From: a virus
Lineage: Duplodnaviria; Caudoviricetes
Virus record (IMG/VR): IMGVR_UViG_3300027672_001612
Coordinates: 32,001 to 96,000 of that record
Length of the DNA stretch: 64,000 nucleotides
Reading direction: 5' to 3' (one strand)
Shown: one piece after another, positions 18,680-28,668 of the stretch
Position numbering within the stretch: the first letter of the stretch is position 1
How the letters are laid out: every line of letters begins with the position of its first letter
Notes under the pieces: model-generated
The model's input: the letters and a program-made list of their open reading frames with translations, nothing else
Databases searched by the model: none
What the model was told of the DNA's origin: nothing
Translations under genes and position numbers: made by a program

Positions 18680-19042
18680 ATGGAATTATTAAAAACATTC
18701 AATCCAGACAACGTTATTACATTTACAGAATCTGCAACAGAACATCTAGTATCACAGGTAAAAGCCAGTGAAGGCGCAATTGGTGTAAGTCTTGGGCTAA
18801 TGCCTAATGGCTGTGCAGGGTTTGAATACAAATGGGATATAGTTACTGAAGTAGAAGACGGTTATAAAGAACACATGATAGGTCCTTACTTGTTTCTGTT
18901 AGATGAGAAAAGTGAAGACTTCCTTGCAGGCAGTGAAGTAGACTTAGTTAATGAAGGATTAAAAGGGAAGACACTAGTAGTTAAGTCTCCAAAAGCATCC
19001 GGAGAGTGTGGGTGCGGGGAGTCGGTAACATTTGATGTCTGA
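18680..19042 (+). CDS. IscA/SufA/HesB-family Fe-S carrier
   Basis: ITFTESA, GCAGFEY, CGCGES. Confidence 0.9.
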   Translation: MELLKTFNPDNVITFTESATEHLVSQVKASEGAIGVSLGLMPNGCAGFEYKWDIVTEVEDGYKEHMIGPYLFLLDEKSEDFLAGSEVDLVNEGLKGKTLVVKSPKASGECGCGESVTFDV

Positions 19043-19913
19043 ACTTAATTTTATTGAATACAATGTCAACAAAGAAGAGTTTAGCCCATCAGATATAGTT
19101 ATAGCACTTCGTGGATTAGGCTTTCAACAAATTAGCGAAGCAAACAATGCCTTAGCAACAATGTGGGCTTGTAATAGTTGTATCATATTATTAAGTTTAA
19201 AAGACGATTTGCCTACAGGGTTAAGTGGATTTGGATTGAACATGCCAAATGCTCCAGACGGTAGTAAGCATTGTGAAACAACCGGCTTAAACTTATGGAA
19301 AGATCCTAACGGCTTAAACGTTTACTCATACCCAGTAGAAGATTTTAGAACAGTATTTGACCAAAAGTTTACTATGCGTGGTACTGCTGGAACAGACGAT
19401 GCTTTGCAATACTTTGCAGGATTTGTTTACAAGTGCAATCAAATAGAAACTAGAAACATTTACATAGATCAATTAAAACTAAAACCAGTTAAATCTACAG
19501 AGAACTATATTACTACAGTTTGCAGTAAGAATAGATTTAATGTGGTATGGGATTTAAACAGTCATGATAACGTAGTAAGTCAACTTACTATTGTTACTGA
19601 AGACATTGCTGATGTAACTGCTAAAATGATTGGCAGAGGCTTTGATAGTAACGGAATTACAACAGAGCGTAAAGAAGAAATACGAAGCAAATACCAAACA
19701 CAAGAGCAGGCAGGATTCCCACCAACACATTTTGTTGAAGCATGGGACTTAAATTTAGGCGGCAAAGAAAAGAGTTTTGTACTCGAGAAAATGTTTGAAA
19801 ATGCATTGCCTAACTTAAATATAGTAATGCAACAAAGAAACAACCATAACGGGTTTAGTGAAGAAACTTTACTATACTATTCAGAACAGGCATTACCAGA
19901 GCTAACAGCATGA
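19035..19913 (+). CDS. 4-hydroxyphenylpyruvate dioxygenase-like (VOC fold) protein, apparently degenerate
   Basis: NFIEY...LGF N-terminus; QLTIVTEDI; QQRNNHNGF C-terminal motif. Confidence 0.55.
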   Translation: MSELNFIEYNVNKEEFSPSDIVIALRGLGFQQISEANNALATMWACNSCIILLSLKDDLPTGLSGFGLNMPNAPDGSKHCETTGLNLWKDPNGLNVYSYPVEDFRTVFDQKFTMRGTAGTDDALQYFAGFVYKCNQIETRNIYIDQLKLKPVKSTENYITTVCSKNRFNVVWDLNSHDNVVSQLTIVTEDIADVTAKMIGRGFDSNGITTERKEEIRSKYQTQEQAGFPPTHFVEAWDLNLGGKEKSFVLEKMFENALPNLNIVMQQRNNHNGFSEETLLYYSEQALPELTA

Positions 19914-20245
19914 ACAGTATAATCGAAAAAGCGTTAAATACCAGCCGGTGTGTAGCAGAGTTTGGCAAAGAGTTTGGCGAAACTAAAGTAGGTGAACGTA
20001 GTGAATTGTTTTTAAAGTTATGGGACAAGTGGGGCAACAATGCAGTTATTTTCCCTAAAAACATATTACAACCAGTTACTATGCCGTACAATAGAGCATC
20101 CTGGCATATGATAAAATCTGAGATGGGTGTTAAAGCATTTGCAGAAAAACATAACATAGCAGAATTTTACGAATATCAAGTTCGAGGCAGTGAAGTTAGA
20201 TTTAAATGTGAAGACACAGCATTGTTATACAGGTTACAATTATGA
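19910..20245 (+). CDS. Hypothetical protein
   Basis: ATGA-coupled ORF. Confidence 0.7.
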   Translation: MNSIIEKALNTSRCVAEFGKEFGETKVGERSELFLKLWDKWGNNAVIFPKNILQPVTMPYNRASWHMIKSEMGVKAFAEKHNIAEFYEYQVRGSEVRFKCEDTALLYRLQL

Positions 20246-20580
20246 ATCCATTAATAGATTACACAACAAAGACTACAGACGAGTTATCAGAACTTAATAA
20301 AAAGTACACTAAACAATTATATAGTCTTAGTGGAGACCACCCTTTATACAATCATGTTTTAAGTCTTAGAGAAGATGTACAATTTGAATACGGCGAACGT
20401 ATGCAAATGGCTATGCATAAAGAAACACTAAAGAAAGAACCAGCACAAGTTATAAATATAGGCGAGATAGAATCAACCACCTATGGTTATCAACCAGATG
20501 ATGACTCATTGTTTATCAAAGCAGTCGCCGACACCTACACAAAGAGAAAACCTAATGAAGACGATACATCTAAAATCTGA
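20242..20580 (+). CDS. Hypothetical protein
   Basis: ATGA-coupled ORF. Confidence 0.7.
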   Translation: MNPLIDYTTKTTDELSELNKKYTKQLYSLSGDHPLYNHVLSLREDVQFEYGERMQMAMHKETLKKEPAQVINIGEIESTTYGYQPDDDSLFIKAVADTYTKRKPNEDDTSKI

Positions 20581-21304
20581 TAAAGATATAAACTTAATAG
20601 CGATAACAGAACAACCAGGCACAGACGAGATAGATGCCTTAGATCATTTTAAGTTTACAATAACATACACTATGTTTGTTTCACAGCACAACGAAGCTAG
20701 TATCGAAGAATTAAGTGTTGCACAAAATATCAGCTATCAAAAAATTAATTACTTCTTAGGAAACTATGTAGACAACAGCATATGGTATGATAAAATAGGG
20801 CAGGATATGATTGATAATCATTTTTCAACTACTAAGAATTTACTATTAGTAACACCTACTATAAATGTTACTTACTTAGGCAATTGCTTGTTTAGAAAGT
20901 TAAATGCACTATGTAAGGAAAATGTATATGTTGATGGCATAAGTGTTAAGGATTGGGGTACTAACCTAACATACTCTTACAGAACAGATGAGCCAGAAGA
21001 AGGCATACACATACTACCAACCAACGACGAATGGATGGGAGAATTTAGTATTTACGATACTCCATGGTGGGATCGTGACAGCATTAGTGCATACGATTAT
21101 GCATGTAGAAGTTCTGAAGACCTAGCAGAAGTTAAAGAAGTACTAAAAGAAGAGGGGCAGATTATGGGTAACGATTTTCAATTAATTGAAGACGAAGTTA
21201 TCAAGCAAATGCGAACAAATGACCCCGCAATGTTTAGTGAGAAGAAAGGCGAAATAATTGAAGTTGACTTTAAATCGAGATCCGCACCTAAAAAGGTTGA
21301 CTAA
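20555..21304 (+). CDS. Hypothetical phage protein
   Basis: Long ORF; start at ATG 20555 minimises overlap. Confidence 0.7.
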   Translation: MKTIHLKSDKDINLIAITEQPGTDEIDALDHFKFTITYTMFVSQHNEASIEELSVAQNISYQKINYFLGNYVDNSIWYDKIGQDMIDNHFSTTKNLLLVTPTINVTYLGNCLFRKLNALCKENVYVDGISVKDWGTNLTYSYRTDEPEEGIHILPTNDEWMGEFSIYDTPWWDRDSISAYDYACRSSEDLAEVKEVLKEEGQIMGNDFQLIEDEVIKQMRTNDPAMFSEKKGEIIEVDFKSRSAPKKVD

Positions 21305-21325
21305 TCCACACAACTACTATATACT
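21297..21325 (+). promoter_or_regulatory. Sigma70-type promoter (leaderless candidate)
   Basis: AAAAGG-TTGACT-17-TATACT; ATG 6 nt downstream. Confidence 0.75.
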
Positions 21326-21331
21326 ACTTAA

Positions 21332-21841
21332 ATGTTAGACAAACATCAAAGATATCTAAGCGATGAGACTACCGGCATGGAAATGCTGTATCACAATGCT
21401 GATATTAACAAAGTAGAGTTCCTGCATACCGATGATATTACTAAGTTTAACAAGTTTGCTGAAGAACTTGGCATAAAGAAACTGGAAATTTTAGGTGATG
21501 ACGACTTCGACAGGATAAATACATACATAATTCCACAACACTATAAAGAGTTAGATGTTGAGAGTTATGTAAGACAGCTAATTCCAAACGGAGTGGACCG
21601 CACTGATAACGCGGAGACCAGTCAAAGAGTTGAAATGGAACTAGCACTATATAAAGAAAGAGGATTACTTCCTATACTACAAGTGTTAATATATATTGTT
21701 GACACATTGCGTAAATTTAATTTAGTATGGGGTGTTGGAAGAGGCAGTAGTGTAGCAAGTTATATACTCTACTTAATTGGGATTCATAAAGTTGATTCTC
21801 TGAAATATAATTTAGATATAAAGGAATTCCTTAAGAGGTAA
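21332..21841 (+). CDS. DNA polymerase III alpha (DnaE)-like fragment
   Basis: RVEMEL...WGVGRGSSVASYILYLIGIHKVDSLKYNL..KEFL matches the DnaE GRGS region. Confidence 0.8.
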   Translation: MLDKHQRYLSDETTGMEMLYHNADINKVEFLHTDDITKFNKFAEELGIKKLEILGDDDFDRINTYIIPQHYKELDVESYVRQLIPNGVDRTDNAETSQRVEMELALYKERGLLPILQVLIYIVDTLRKFNLVWGVGRGSSVASYILYLIGIHKVDSLKYNLDIKEFLKR

Positions 21842-21843
21842 TA

Positions 21844-22272
21844 ATGGTACAACGAAAAACAAACAATGGACAAATAATTGACTTCGATTCTATGATCGGA
21901 CAGGGTGATGAGATTGCTATTGGCAATATGAACGTAAATGCTAGAGGCGATGTGCTAGGCAAAGATGGCGAAGTAGTCACTAAAGCTGAAGACAGAGTAA
22001 GAGCATATTACGAAGATAATCCAATGAGCAGTACGGCATCAGTAAGTCCTAAGGGTGCTATGCCAGATGTAGAACCTCAAGCAAAGTCAGAAATGGACCC
22101 TACACCAAAAACTGCTAAAGCACAGAAAACTGAAGCAGACCAAAGTGTTATGGGACAAACAGCAGAGCCTGTAGAACAAGAAAGAGTTATTGCTAGTTAC
22201 AAAGAAGTAGAACAAGAAAATGGCGATATCGAAATGGTTCCAGTTTACGAAGACGATTGGGAAGACGAATAA
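21844..22272 (+). CDS. Hypothetical phage protein
   Basis: AIGNMNVNARGD motif; acidic tail. Confidence 0.7.
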   Translation: MVQRKTNNGQIIDFDSMIGQGDEIAIGNMNVNARGDVLGKDGEVVTKAEDRVRAYYEDNPMSSTASVSPKGAMPDVEPQAKSEMDPTPKTAKAQKTEADQSVMGQTAEPVEQERVIASYKEVEQENGDIEMVPVYEDDWEDE

Positions 22273-22275
22273 ATA

Positions 22276-22677
22276 ATGCCTAAAATTACAGCATACAAAG
22301 ATAACATTCTATGCATTGACGGAGACTTTGGTAATAAAACTACAGAGTCAGGGATCATTGTAAAATCAACTATTGGATCAGACGAAGGGATTGCACCTCG
22401 TTGGTTTCAAGCATTTGACATAGGTCCAGAGATTGATTGGATTAAACCAGGTCAATGGTTATATGTTTCTTATGGTAGATGGACAGAAGGATTTAGTGTG
22501 CCAGACGATAGATTAGAAGAAGGCGCAAAAATTTGGAAAGTTGATCCTGAAGCATGTATGATGATATCAGATACAAATCCAACATCCGGTGTTCTAAACA
22601 TTGGTAAAGTAGAAACATTCAAGCCAGACCAAATGAGTACTGGCTATGTAGATGCAGAGTCAGGACAATTACAATAA
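22276..22677 (+). CDS. GroES-like co-chaperonin
   Basis: DNIL...KTTESGII mobile-loop pattern, IGP....IKPG. Confidence 0.65.
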   Translation: MPKITAYKDNILCIDGDFGNKTTESGIIVKSTIGSDEGIAPRWFQAFDIGPEIDWIKPGQWLYVSYGRWTEGFSVPDDRLEEGAKIWKVDPEACMMISDTNPTSGVLNIGKVETFKPDQMSTGYVDAESGQLQ

Positions 22678-22678
22678 A

Positions 22679-22849
22679 ATGAAATTCACAGAACACAAAG
22701 AACGCACAGGATTATCCACAGCCGGACTTGCTGGTGTAACAATATTAGCAGGTGTTATTTTTGGTGGCTTAAATCCGTGGTGGCTAATTGCTAGTATATT
22801 ACTATTGTTAATGGGTACGGGTTTAGAATCCGGACAGCGTAAAGATTAA
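22679..22849 (+). CDS. Small membrane protein
   Basis: 56 aa with two hydrophobic segments. Confidence 0.6.
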   Translation: MKFTEHKERTGLSTAGLAGVTILAGVIFGGLNPWWLIASILLLLMGTGLESGQRKD

Positions 22850-23919
22850 CTATACGTTACAGTAACAGTGACTTCACCTTGTGAGGCACTATTAACAGTT
22901 AAGTAAGCAAGTATATTAGTATCAGCTTCAGCAGTGTACACATAGTTAGGTGTACTTTCATATGGTACTGAAACATCTTCTAAATCACTCTCATCAGCAG
23001 TCATTAACCTATCAGCATCTCCACCGTCACCAACAGTAACTATTGGAGTTGTACCATCAAATGCAGTTGTGGCATTTACTGTAACACTAGTAATTTTACT
23101 ACCCTTACTAATATTACCTAATACAACACTGCCAGTACCCATTGAATAGTTAAACGTTGCTGTGTATGTACCAGCATCAGTAGTGGCACTATCGGCTGTT
23201 CCAATTAGTGTAAGATGACTTGCTATACTTGGATCTGCTTGACCGGCTATGTATAATCTATACTCACCGTCACCGCCATCATCAACTTTAACAAAGTCGC
23301 CTGTTTCAATATCACTAGCGGCGTATAAGGCTGTTAGGTTAGCATAGTTTCTATAAACCATACTTGAACCAGTTGAAGTAACACCAGTGTTACCAACGTA
23401 CCTTGCGCCTGAAACATAAATTACGTTACCGCTTGAAGTGCCTATAGCACTAGGAAGGTTATCACCAATAAAGTTTAATATTCCTGATTGGTAATCAAAG
23501 AACCATTCATCACTTGAACCTGATCCAGTTTCAAATAATTGTGTTCCGTTTGTTTGGACATCCGCTGTGCTTGTAGGAGCCGCATATACTTTTAACTGAT
23601 ATGTTGCACCAAACCCAGGTGGTATCCAATTTGTTGTGTTTGTTTTCCAAGTTCTGTTATCACTTGAACTACCATCTTCTACTATCTCTAATGCGTCACT
23701 AACAGCATCAGTATAAACTACTGCTATGCTACTGTTCGCCGCTGGTATAACTGACGTTATACTTGTACTTTGATTCCAAATATCGGAATCTTTAATAATT
23801 AAACTTGATGCTACTGGTTCGTTAGGTGCCTTTTTACTTGCATTGGTATCAGTCTTTGCTTTACCAAATCCTATCTTTTTCCAAAGTAAATCAATTTTTT
23901 GACTGTCTGAAATTGCCAT
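22846..23919 (-). CDS. Putative virion structural protein
   Basis: Ser/Thr/Gly-rich; C-terminal domain shared with 42834..44861. Confidence 0.7.
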   Translation of the reverse strand: MAISDSQKIDLLWKKIGFGKAKTDTNASKKAPNEPVASSLIIKDSDIWNQSTSITSVIPAANSSIAVVYTDAVSDALEIVEDGSSSDNRTWKTNTTNWIPPGFGATYQLKVYAAPTSTADVQTNGTQLFETGSGSSDEWFFDYQSGILNFIGDNLPSAIGTSSGNVIYVSGARYVGNTGVTSTGSSMVYRNYANLTALYAASDIETGDFVKVDDGGDGEYRLYIAGQADPSIASHLTLIGTADSATTDAGTYTATFNYSMGTGSVVLGNISKGSKITSVTVNATTAFDGTTPIVTVGDGGDADRLMTADESDLEDVSVPYESTPNYVYTAEADTNILAYLTVNSASQGEVTVTVTYS

Positions 23920-26537
23920 TATGCTATACTCAACGAAGTTAGGGAGTCACCAGACTCCAGTTTTATACGCACTAGTATGTTATTACCAAAACTGTTCGTA
24001 GCGTTTTGGTCACCTAGCGTTAGAGTGAATGTATCACTGTTGTAAGTTGTATTGTCTATAATTCTGTCTCCAGAAGTAAATGCACAACCATCTGATCCGT
24101 TACCACCTGCTCCTGTGTTTCCACCTGGAGTACCAGCACCACCATAAGTAGTACCAGCTGATAACCAACCGTTTAAATTACTTGCGGCATCAATGCTTGT
24201 TGCCGGAGCCGCTACAAAGAACCCACTGACCTTACCAGTAAGTGTTACAACAAAGTTAGCCATTGTAGTTCTTCTGAATGCAAAAGTAAAGTATTGTGCT
24301 CCACTTCTACCTGCGTTTAAGTCTGGTCCTGCGGGCAAATATGCTGTGCCACTAAGGTCAGTAACAAAATGCTTAATTGTTCCCCACCTATTTACTGCTT
24401 CTAGTGTGCCAGCGATTGTTTGTGTTCCTGTCCATGCACTACCTGTGTAATAGTTAGTACTAGAACTAAATGTTGGATTGTCTGTAGTTGGGAAACCTGT
24501 AATACGTTTTCCATCATCATTAAAGCCTGCACCTAAACTGTCTGCAACTGCAATAGCTTCTTCATTAATTCCTGTATTGCCGTTCCATGCTTGGATGTAT
24601 TTTGCATTAAGTTCTGCATAATTTCCGTTACCGTTAACATTAAACATTCTTGTTTTAAGTTGTTCAATACCAATTCCGCCACCGTTAACATTAATTGTTA
24701 AGTTGCCTAATGAATATGCAGTACCAGCCGTTTTACCAGTGTTTACATCTGGAATACCACCTGTTAAGTATGATGCTCCGCCTTGTATTTGTGCGTATGT
24801 TTTATATTGTGTTCCAATTACTGTGCCAGTAGTACCTTCTTGGTTAGTACCGTTTGTAATTTGTAATGGAGTACTTGATTGAGCGTATGTTTGACCAATC
24901 CAATCGTATGCTGTAAGTCCAGCTAATGTTAGTGTAGCATCGTTAGTGTAGTAAGGAACGCCTGATACATATCTTAATGTGCCGGGAGTTGCTTGAACTA
25001 ACGTAGCGGCAGATGTATTAACAACTGCTAATGATTCAACATCATCTTTTACAAACTCTAGTGTATTGGTTGATCCCAATGTATGCTGTAGTTTGTAAGC
25101 ATGTGATCCTGCTACAATGCCAACTGTACTTTTTGTAATTCTAGCTTTATAACCTTTGTTTAGTCCTGGGCTATATATTGAACTATTAAAACTTGTACTA
25201 GTTCCGTCTTGTCCAAAAAATTGAAAATCGTCTTCTTCAGTAAGTTGTAATGAAGCATTGGTTCCACTGTCATCACTTCCTGTTAGTGTAATAGCTCCGT
25301 CTGCCGAACCATCAACTATTGCAGTTAATGTGCCTGCATCACCGTTGTATGTTAATTCTGATAATGTATTTGAATTAGTAACAGACCCTGCACTTGCGTT
25401 TGTGATTCTTGTTACGCTGTCTCCAGCTGTCAATGTTCCTGATCCAAAGTTATTAGTAAAGCCAGCAGTTAGTCTAGGTGAACTACCTGAACTGCTCTCA
25501 CCAAATGATATTGACTTATTACCTAAGTGTTCTGGAGCCGTTGGTGCTGTTGCGTAAACTTTAATTTGGTCTGAACTTGTATCTCCAACTTCGCCTGGAT
25601 CTGCTGTACTATGTGCAGTCTGCGTTAATGTAATTGTATTTCTGCTTGAACCTGTGTCACTACCGTATGTGTGACTTGCTCTTGCTTGACCAACATCTCC
25701 TGCGGCGCCACTGGCTACTGAATCAGTAGTTCCATCGCCCCAGTTAATTGTGTAAGTACATGTTGCACTAGCTGAGTTGGTTGTTGTGTTATCTAAGTAT
25801 AATGTTTCTCCTGCACTAATCTCTCTATTGTTACCACTTAATGCACTACCGCCAGCACTAGTTGTAAATATGTTAAAGTTTGCATTTGGAGTTGCAGTAT
25901 ATAATGTTATTAAATCTGTTTTAGTTACAGTTGCAAAACTACCTTCGCCTGAACCACTTGTATTTCTTGCTGTGATTACTAGGTCATATGGTGAGTTTGA
26001 ATTATCTGTATAAGTATGACTTGGAGTACTATCTGATGTTGCAGTTGTTGTGTTTCCATCTCCCCAAACTATGTCATACTGGTTAGCATTACCAACTACT
26101 GAGAGTGTTAGTGTTACTGTTAGTGGATCACCACCTGAACTTACACTAGATGTAGCATCTACACTTTTAACGTAAGTATTGTTTCTAATGTTTTCCATTG
26201 TTTCATTCAATCTATCAATGGATTCTGTAACTGATGTGGAACTAGTTAACGTAGTAACTGCGCCTGGACTAGCCAAGTCTCCGTCACCGCCTGTTCCTAA
26301 TGTAATATTATATGCGTTTGTAGTACTAACTGCTAATGCAGTTTCCATCTGTTGTTTACTAACAGCGTCTGTGCCTATTACACCATCTGCTATTCTAACA
26401 TTTGCTAGTGTTGTACCATCGTTCGCCATCACCTGCATTGAGCTTGTTGATGCGTTGGCAACCAGTTTAGGTCCTCTCTTTCCGAATTGTAAGTCTGTGC
26501 TTACACCTTTCTGTCCAAATCTATTTTCGTTAGCCAA
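23919..26537 (-). CDS. PKD-domain virion or fibre protein
   Basis: Two WGDG...HTY PKD repeats; TTG start with GGAG RBS; late promoter at 26586-26591 (-). Confidence 0.8.
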   Translation of the reverse strand: MANENRFGQKGVSTDLQFGKRGPKLVANASTSSMQVMANDGTTLANVRIADGVIGTDAVSKQQMETALAVSTTNAYNITLGTGGDGDLASPGAVTTLTSSTSVTESIDRLNETMENIRNNTYVKSVDATSSVSSGGDPLTVTLTLSVVGNANQYDIVWGDGNTTTATSDSTPSHTYTDNSNSPYDLVITARNTSGSGEGSFATVTKTDLITLYTATPNANFNIFTTSAGGSALSGNNREISAGETLYLDNTTTNSASATCTYTINWGDGTTDSVASGAAGDVGQARASHTYGSDTGSSRNTITLTQTAHSTADPGEVGDTSSDQIKVYATAPTAPEHLGNKSISFGESSSGSSPRLTAGFTNNFGSGTLTAGDSVTRITNASAGSVTNSNTLSELTYNGDAGTLTAIVDGSADGAITLTGSDDSGTNASLQLTEEDDFQFFGQDGTSTSFNSSIYSPGLNKGYKARITKSTVGIVAGSHAYKLQHTLGSTNTLEFVKDDVESLAVVNTSAATLVQATPGTLRYVSGVPYYTNDATLTLAGLTAYDWIGQTYAQSSTPLQITNGTNQEGTTGTVIGTQYKTYAQIQGGASYLTGGIPDVNTGKTAGTAYSLGNLTINVNGGGIGIEQLKTRMFNVNGNGNYAELNAKYIQAWNGNTGINEEAIAVADSLGAGFNDDGKRITGFPTTDNPTFSSSTNYYTGSAWTGTQTIAGTLEAVNRWGTIKHFVTDLSGTAYLPAGPDLNAGRSGAQYFTFAFRRTTMANFVVTLTGKVSGFFVAAPATSIDAASNLNGWLSAGTTYGGAGTPGGNTGAGGNGSDGCAFTSGDRIIDNTTYNSDTFTLTLGDQNATNSFGNNILVRIKLESGDSLTSLSIA

Positions 26538-26595
26538 TTTAAATAACTCCTACAAGTACGATTTCATATGAATGTTCGTTAATGTTATTTATCAC

Positions 26596-26623
26596 TTGAC
26601 ATTCAAAATCTATGTGCTATAAT
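26596..26623 (+). promoter_or_regulatory. Sigma70-type promoter, divergent from a minus-strand late promoter
   Basis: TTGACA-16-TATAAT with TG extension. Confidence 0.75.
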
Positions 26624-26652
26624 AACAATAAATTGTATTAAAGGAGAACTAT

Positions 26653-26886
26653 ATGCATAACGAGTACAAAACAGCAGGCACGTTTACAAAGAGTGCTAGA
26701 ATCATTAGCGACTACGAAAATGATTTGATTTTTGAACAGCCTAGATTAGGTCTAATGAGTCAAGAATTAGTATCATATGAGAATATTGAAAGTGGTGTGA
26801 AAAGAACTACAGTAACTAGAGTGTTTACCGTTTCTGGCGACTACAACGATCATTCTACAATAACTATATTACCTAAGAGTATTTAA
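26653..26886 (+). CDS. Hypothetical protein
   Basis: AAGGAG RBS; 77 aa. Confidence 0.7.
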   Translation: MHNEYKTAGTFTKSARIISDYENDLIFEQPRLGLMSQELVSYENIESGVKRTTVTRVFTVSGDYNDHSTITILPKSI

Positions 26887-26900
26887 GAGGCAAAAAGTAC

Positions 26901-27824
26901 ATGAGAGATTTATGGGTAGAAAAGTATCGACCGGATAACATAGCAGACTATGTGTTCAGAGATGCTAATCAGCAAGGACAAGTTACAGGTTGGATTAAAG
27001 ACGGAGCATTACCACACTTACTATTCAGCGGAGCACCTGGTACTGGAAAAACTACACTTGCAAAAGTGTTGTTGAAGGAACTAGATGTGAATAGTATGGA
27101 CATATTGGAGATAAATGCAAGTAACGAAAACAGCGTAGATACCATTCGAAGCAAGATAACAAACTTTAGTAGCACCATGCCGTTTGGTGATATGAAGTAT
27201 GTATTGCTCGATGAGGCTGATTATATTACCCCTAATGGACAAGCCGCTCTGCGTGGAGTTATGGAAACATACCACACGTCTTGTCGCTTTATCCTAACCT
27301 GTAACTATCCACAACGGATAATTCCGGCACTTCATTCGAGGTGCCAGGGTTTCCACATTAACAAACTAGACATAACAGAGTTCACAGCCAGGATTGCAAC
27401 TATTTGCATTACTGAAGGTGTTGAATGCGATTTAGATACTTTAGACACTTATGTCCAAGCAACATATCCAGATTTGCGTAAAGCTATTAACCTTACACAA
27501 CAAAACGTAGTAGACGGACATTTACAACGTCCACAAGAAGGCGACAGTGGATCAAGCGATTGGATGATTAGTGCTATTGAATTGTTTAAAGCAGGCAATT
27601 ACAAAGAAGCAAGGAACATGATTGTTAGTCAGGCACGACCAGAAGAGTACGAAGACATTTATAGATTCATGTATCGTAACTTAGAACTTTGGGGCGATAC
27701 TGACGGTAAACAAGACCAAGCAATTATTATTATTCGTAATGGTATTGCAAAGTCTATAGCAGTAGCTGACCCAGAAATCAACTTGTCGGCTACTTTAATT
27801 GAATTACAGATAAATAGTATGTGA
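26901..27824 (+). CDS. Clamp loader subunit (T4 gp44/RFC small subunit-like)
   Basis: LWVEKYRP, GAPGTGKTT, INAS, LDEAD, SRC. Confidence 0.93.
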   Translation: MRDLWVEKYRPDNIADYVFRDANQQGQVTGWIKDGALPHLLFSGAPGTGKTTLAKVLLKELDVNSMDILEINASNENSVDTIRSKITNFSSTMPFGDMKYVLLDEADYITPNGQAALRGVMETYHTSCRFILTCNYPQRIIPALHSRCQGFHINKLDITEFTARIATICITEGVECDLDTLDTYVQATYPDLRKAINLTQQNVVDGHLQRPQEGDSGSSDWMISAIELFKAGNYKEARNMIVSQARPEEYEDIYRFMYRNLELWGDTDGKQDQAIIIIRNGIAKSIAVADPEINLSATLIELQINSM

Positions 27825-28069
27825 TGATAAAGAGAATAATACAGTGGTGGAAAAAGTTAATATACGAAGAGTATGAAGTTACCATATGGTTCAAAAACGG
27901 TAATACGTTTAACATCGGACCTGGTAATGATAAAACTCGTAAGAAGTTTAAACTGAAGTCACTTAAAAAAGTCAGCAACACTCATATTAAGGGCAAAGAC
28001 CTTAACTATAACGAGTGGGAGATTAAAACTGTAGAACCTTTTGATTACAATATTGTTAAGATTTATTAA
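27824..28069 (+). CDS. Hypothetical protein
   Basis: Coupled ORF; TAAATA at 27811-27816. Confidence 0.65.
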   Translation: MIKRIIQWWKKLIYEEYEVTIWFKNGNTFNIGPGNDKTRKKFKLKSLKKVSNTHIKGKDLNYNEWEIKTVEPFDYNIVKIY

Positions 28070-28071
28070 CA

Positions 28072-28668
28072 ATGCTTCTACTCAAAGAACACGAGCTCGA
28101 CAAAAGTCTGAGTGAAGACCATTTTAGCGTACTATTTAATTATGCACAGCATTCCACTACACAGATTCTATTAAACGAATTCATGCAAACAAAGTTTGCA
28201 ACAATCAATGGAGTAAGAAAGCACACGGAAGTGCCTATTCATTTACATGATGTGTTCGATTTACACCCAAGTGGCATGTTACATAAAGCTGGACTAGAAA
28301 TGCAAACTACGGACTTGAGTGATATACATTATCATAGCACAACTCCGTTAGAAGTTGACCAACCAAAAATAGTAGCAGACGGCCCATACGATTTAGTGTA
28401 TGTAAATTTACCATACAAGTTACCACAAAGTCCTAATAGTGTAGACCTAGTTGTCGGAGAGACAATTAAGTTATGGTGGTCAGCAATGGAAGTCGGTGCA
28501 GTAATGATTGTCCCAGATTACAACAAACTTGTTATAAGACGTCAAGTAGATTTATTTTTGCGGACTAGAATGTATAGCAAACATGAAAAATACTTTGATA
28601 CTAATTGGGACCAACCAGATTTAGGCGAAGACCATTTTATGATAGCCATACAGAAAAATGAGATTTAA
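28072..28668 (+). CDS. Hypothetical protein, degenerate methyltransferase-like
   Basis: YDLVYV...MEVGAVMIVPDY. Confidence 0.5.
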   Translation: MLLLKEHELDKSLSEDHFSVLFNYAQHSTTQILLNEFMQTKFATINGVRKHTEVPIHLHDVFDLHPSGMLHKAGLEMQTTDLSDIHYHSTTPLEVDQPKIVADGPYDLVYVNLPYKLPQSPNSVDLVVGETIKLWWSAMEVGAVMIVPDYNKLVIRRQVDLFLRTRMYSKHEKYFDTNWDQPDLGEDHFMIAIQKNEI

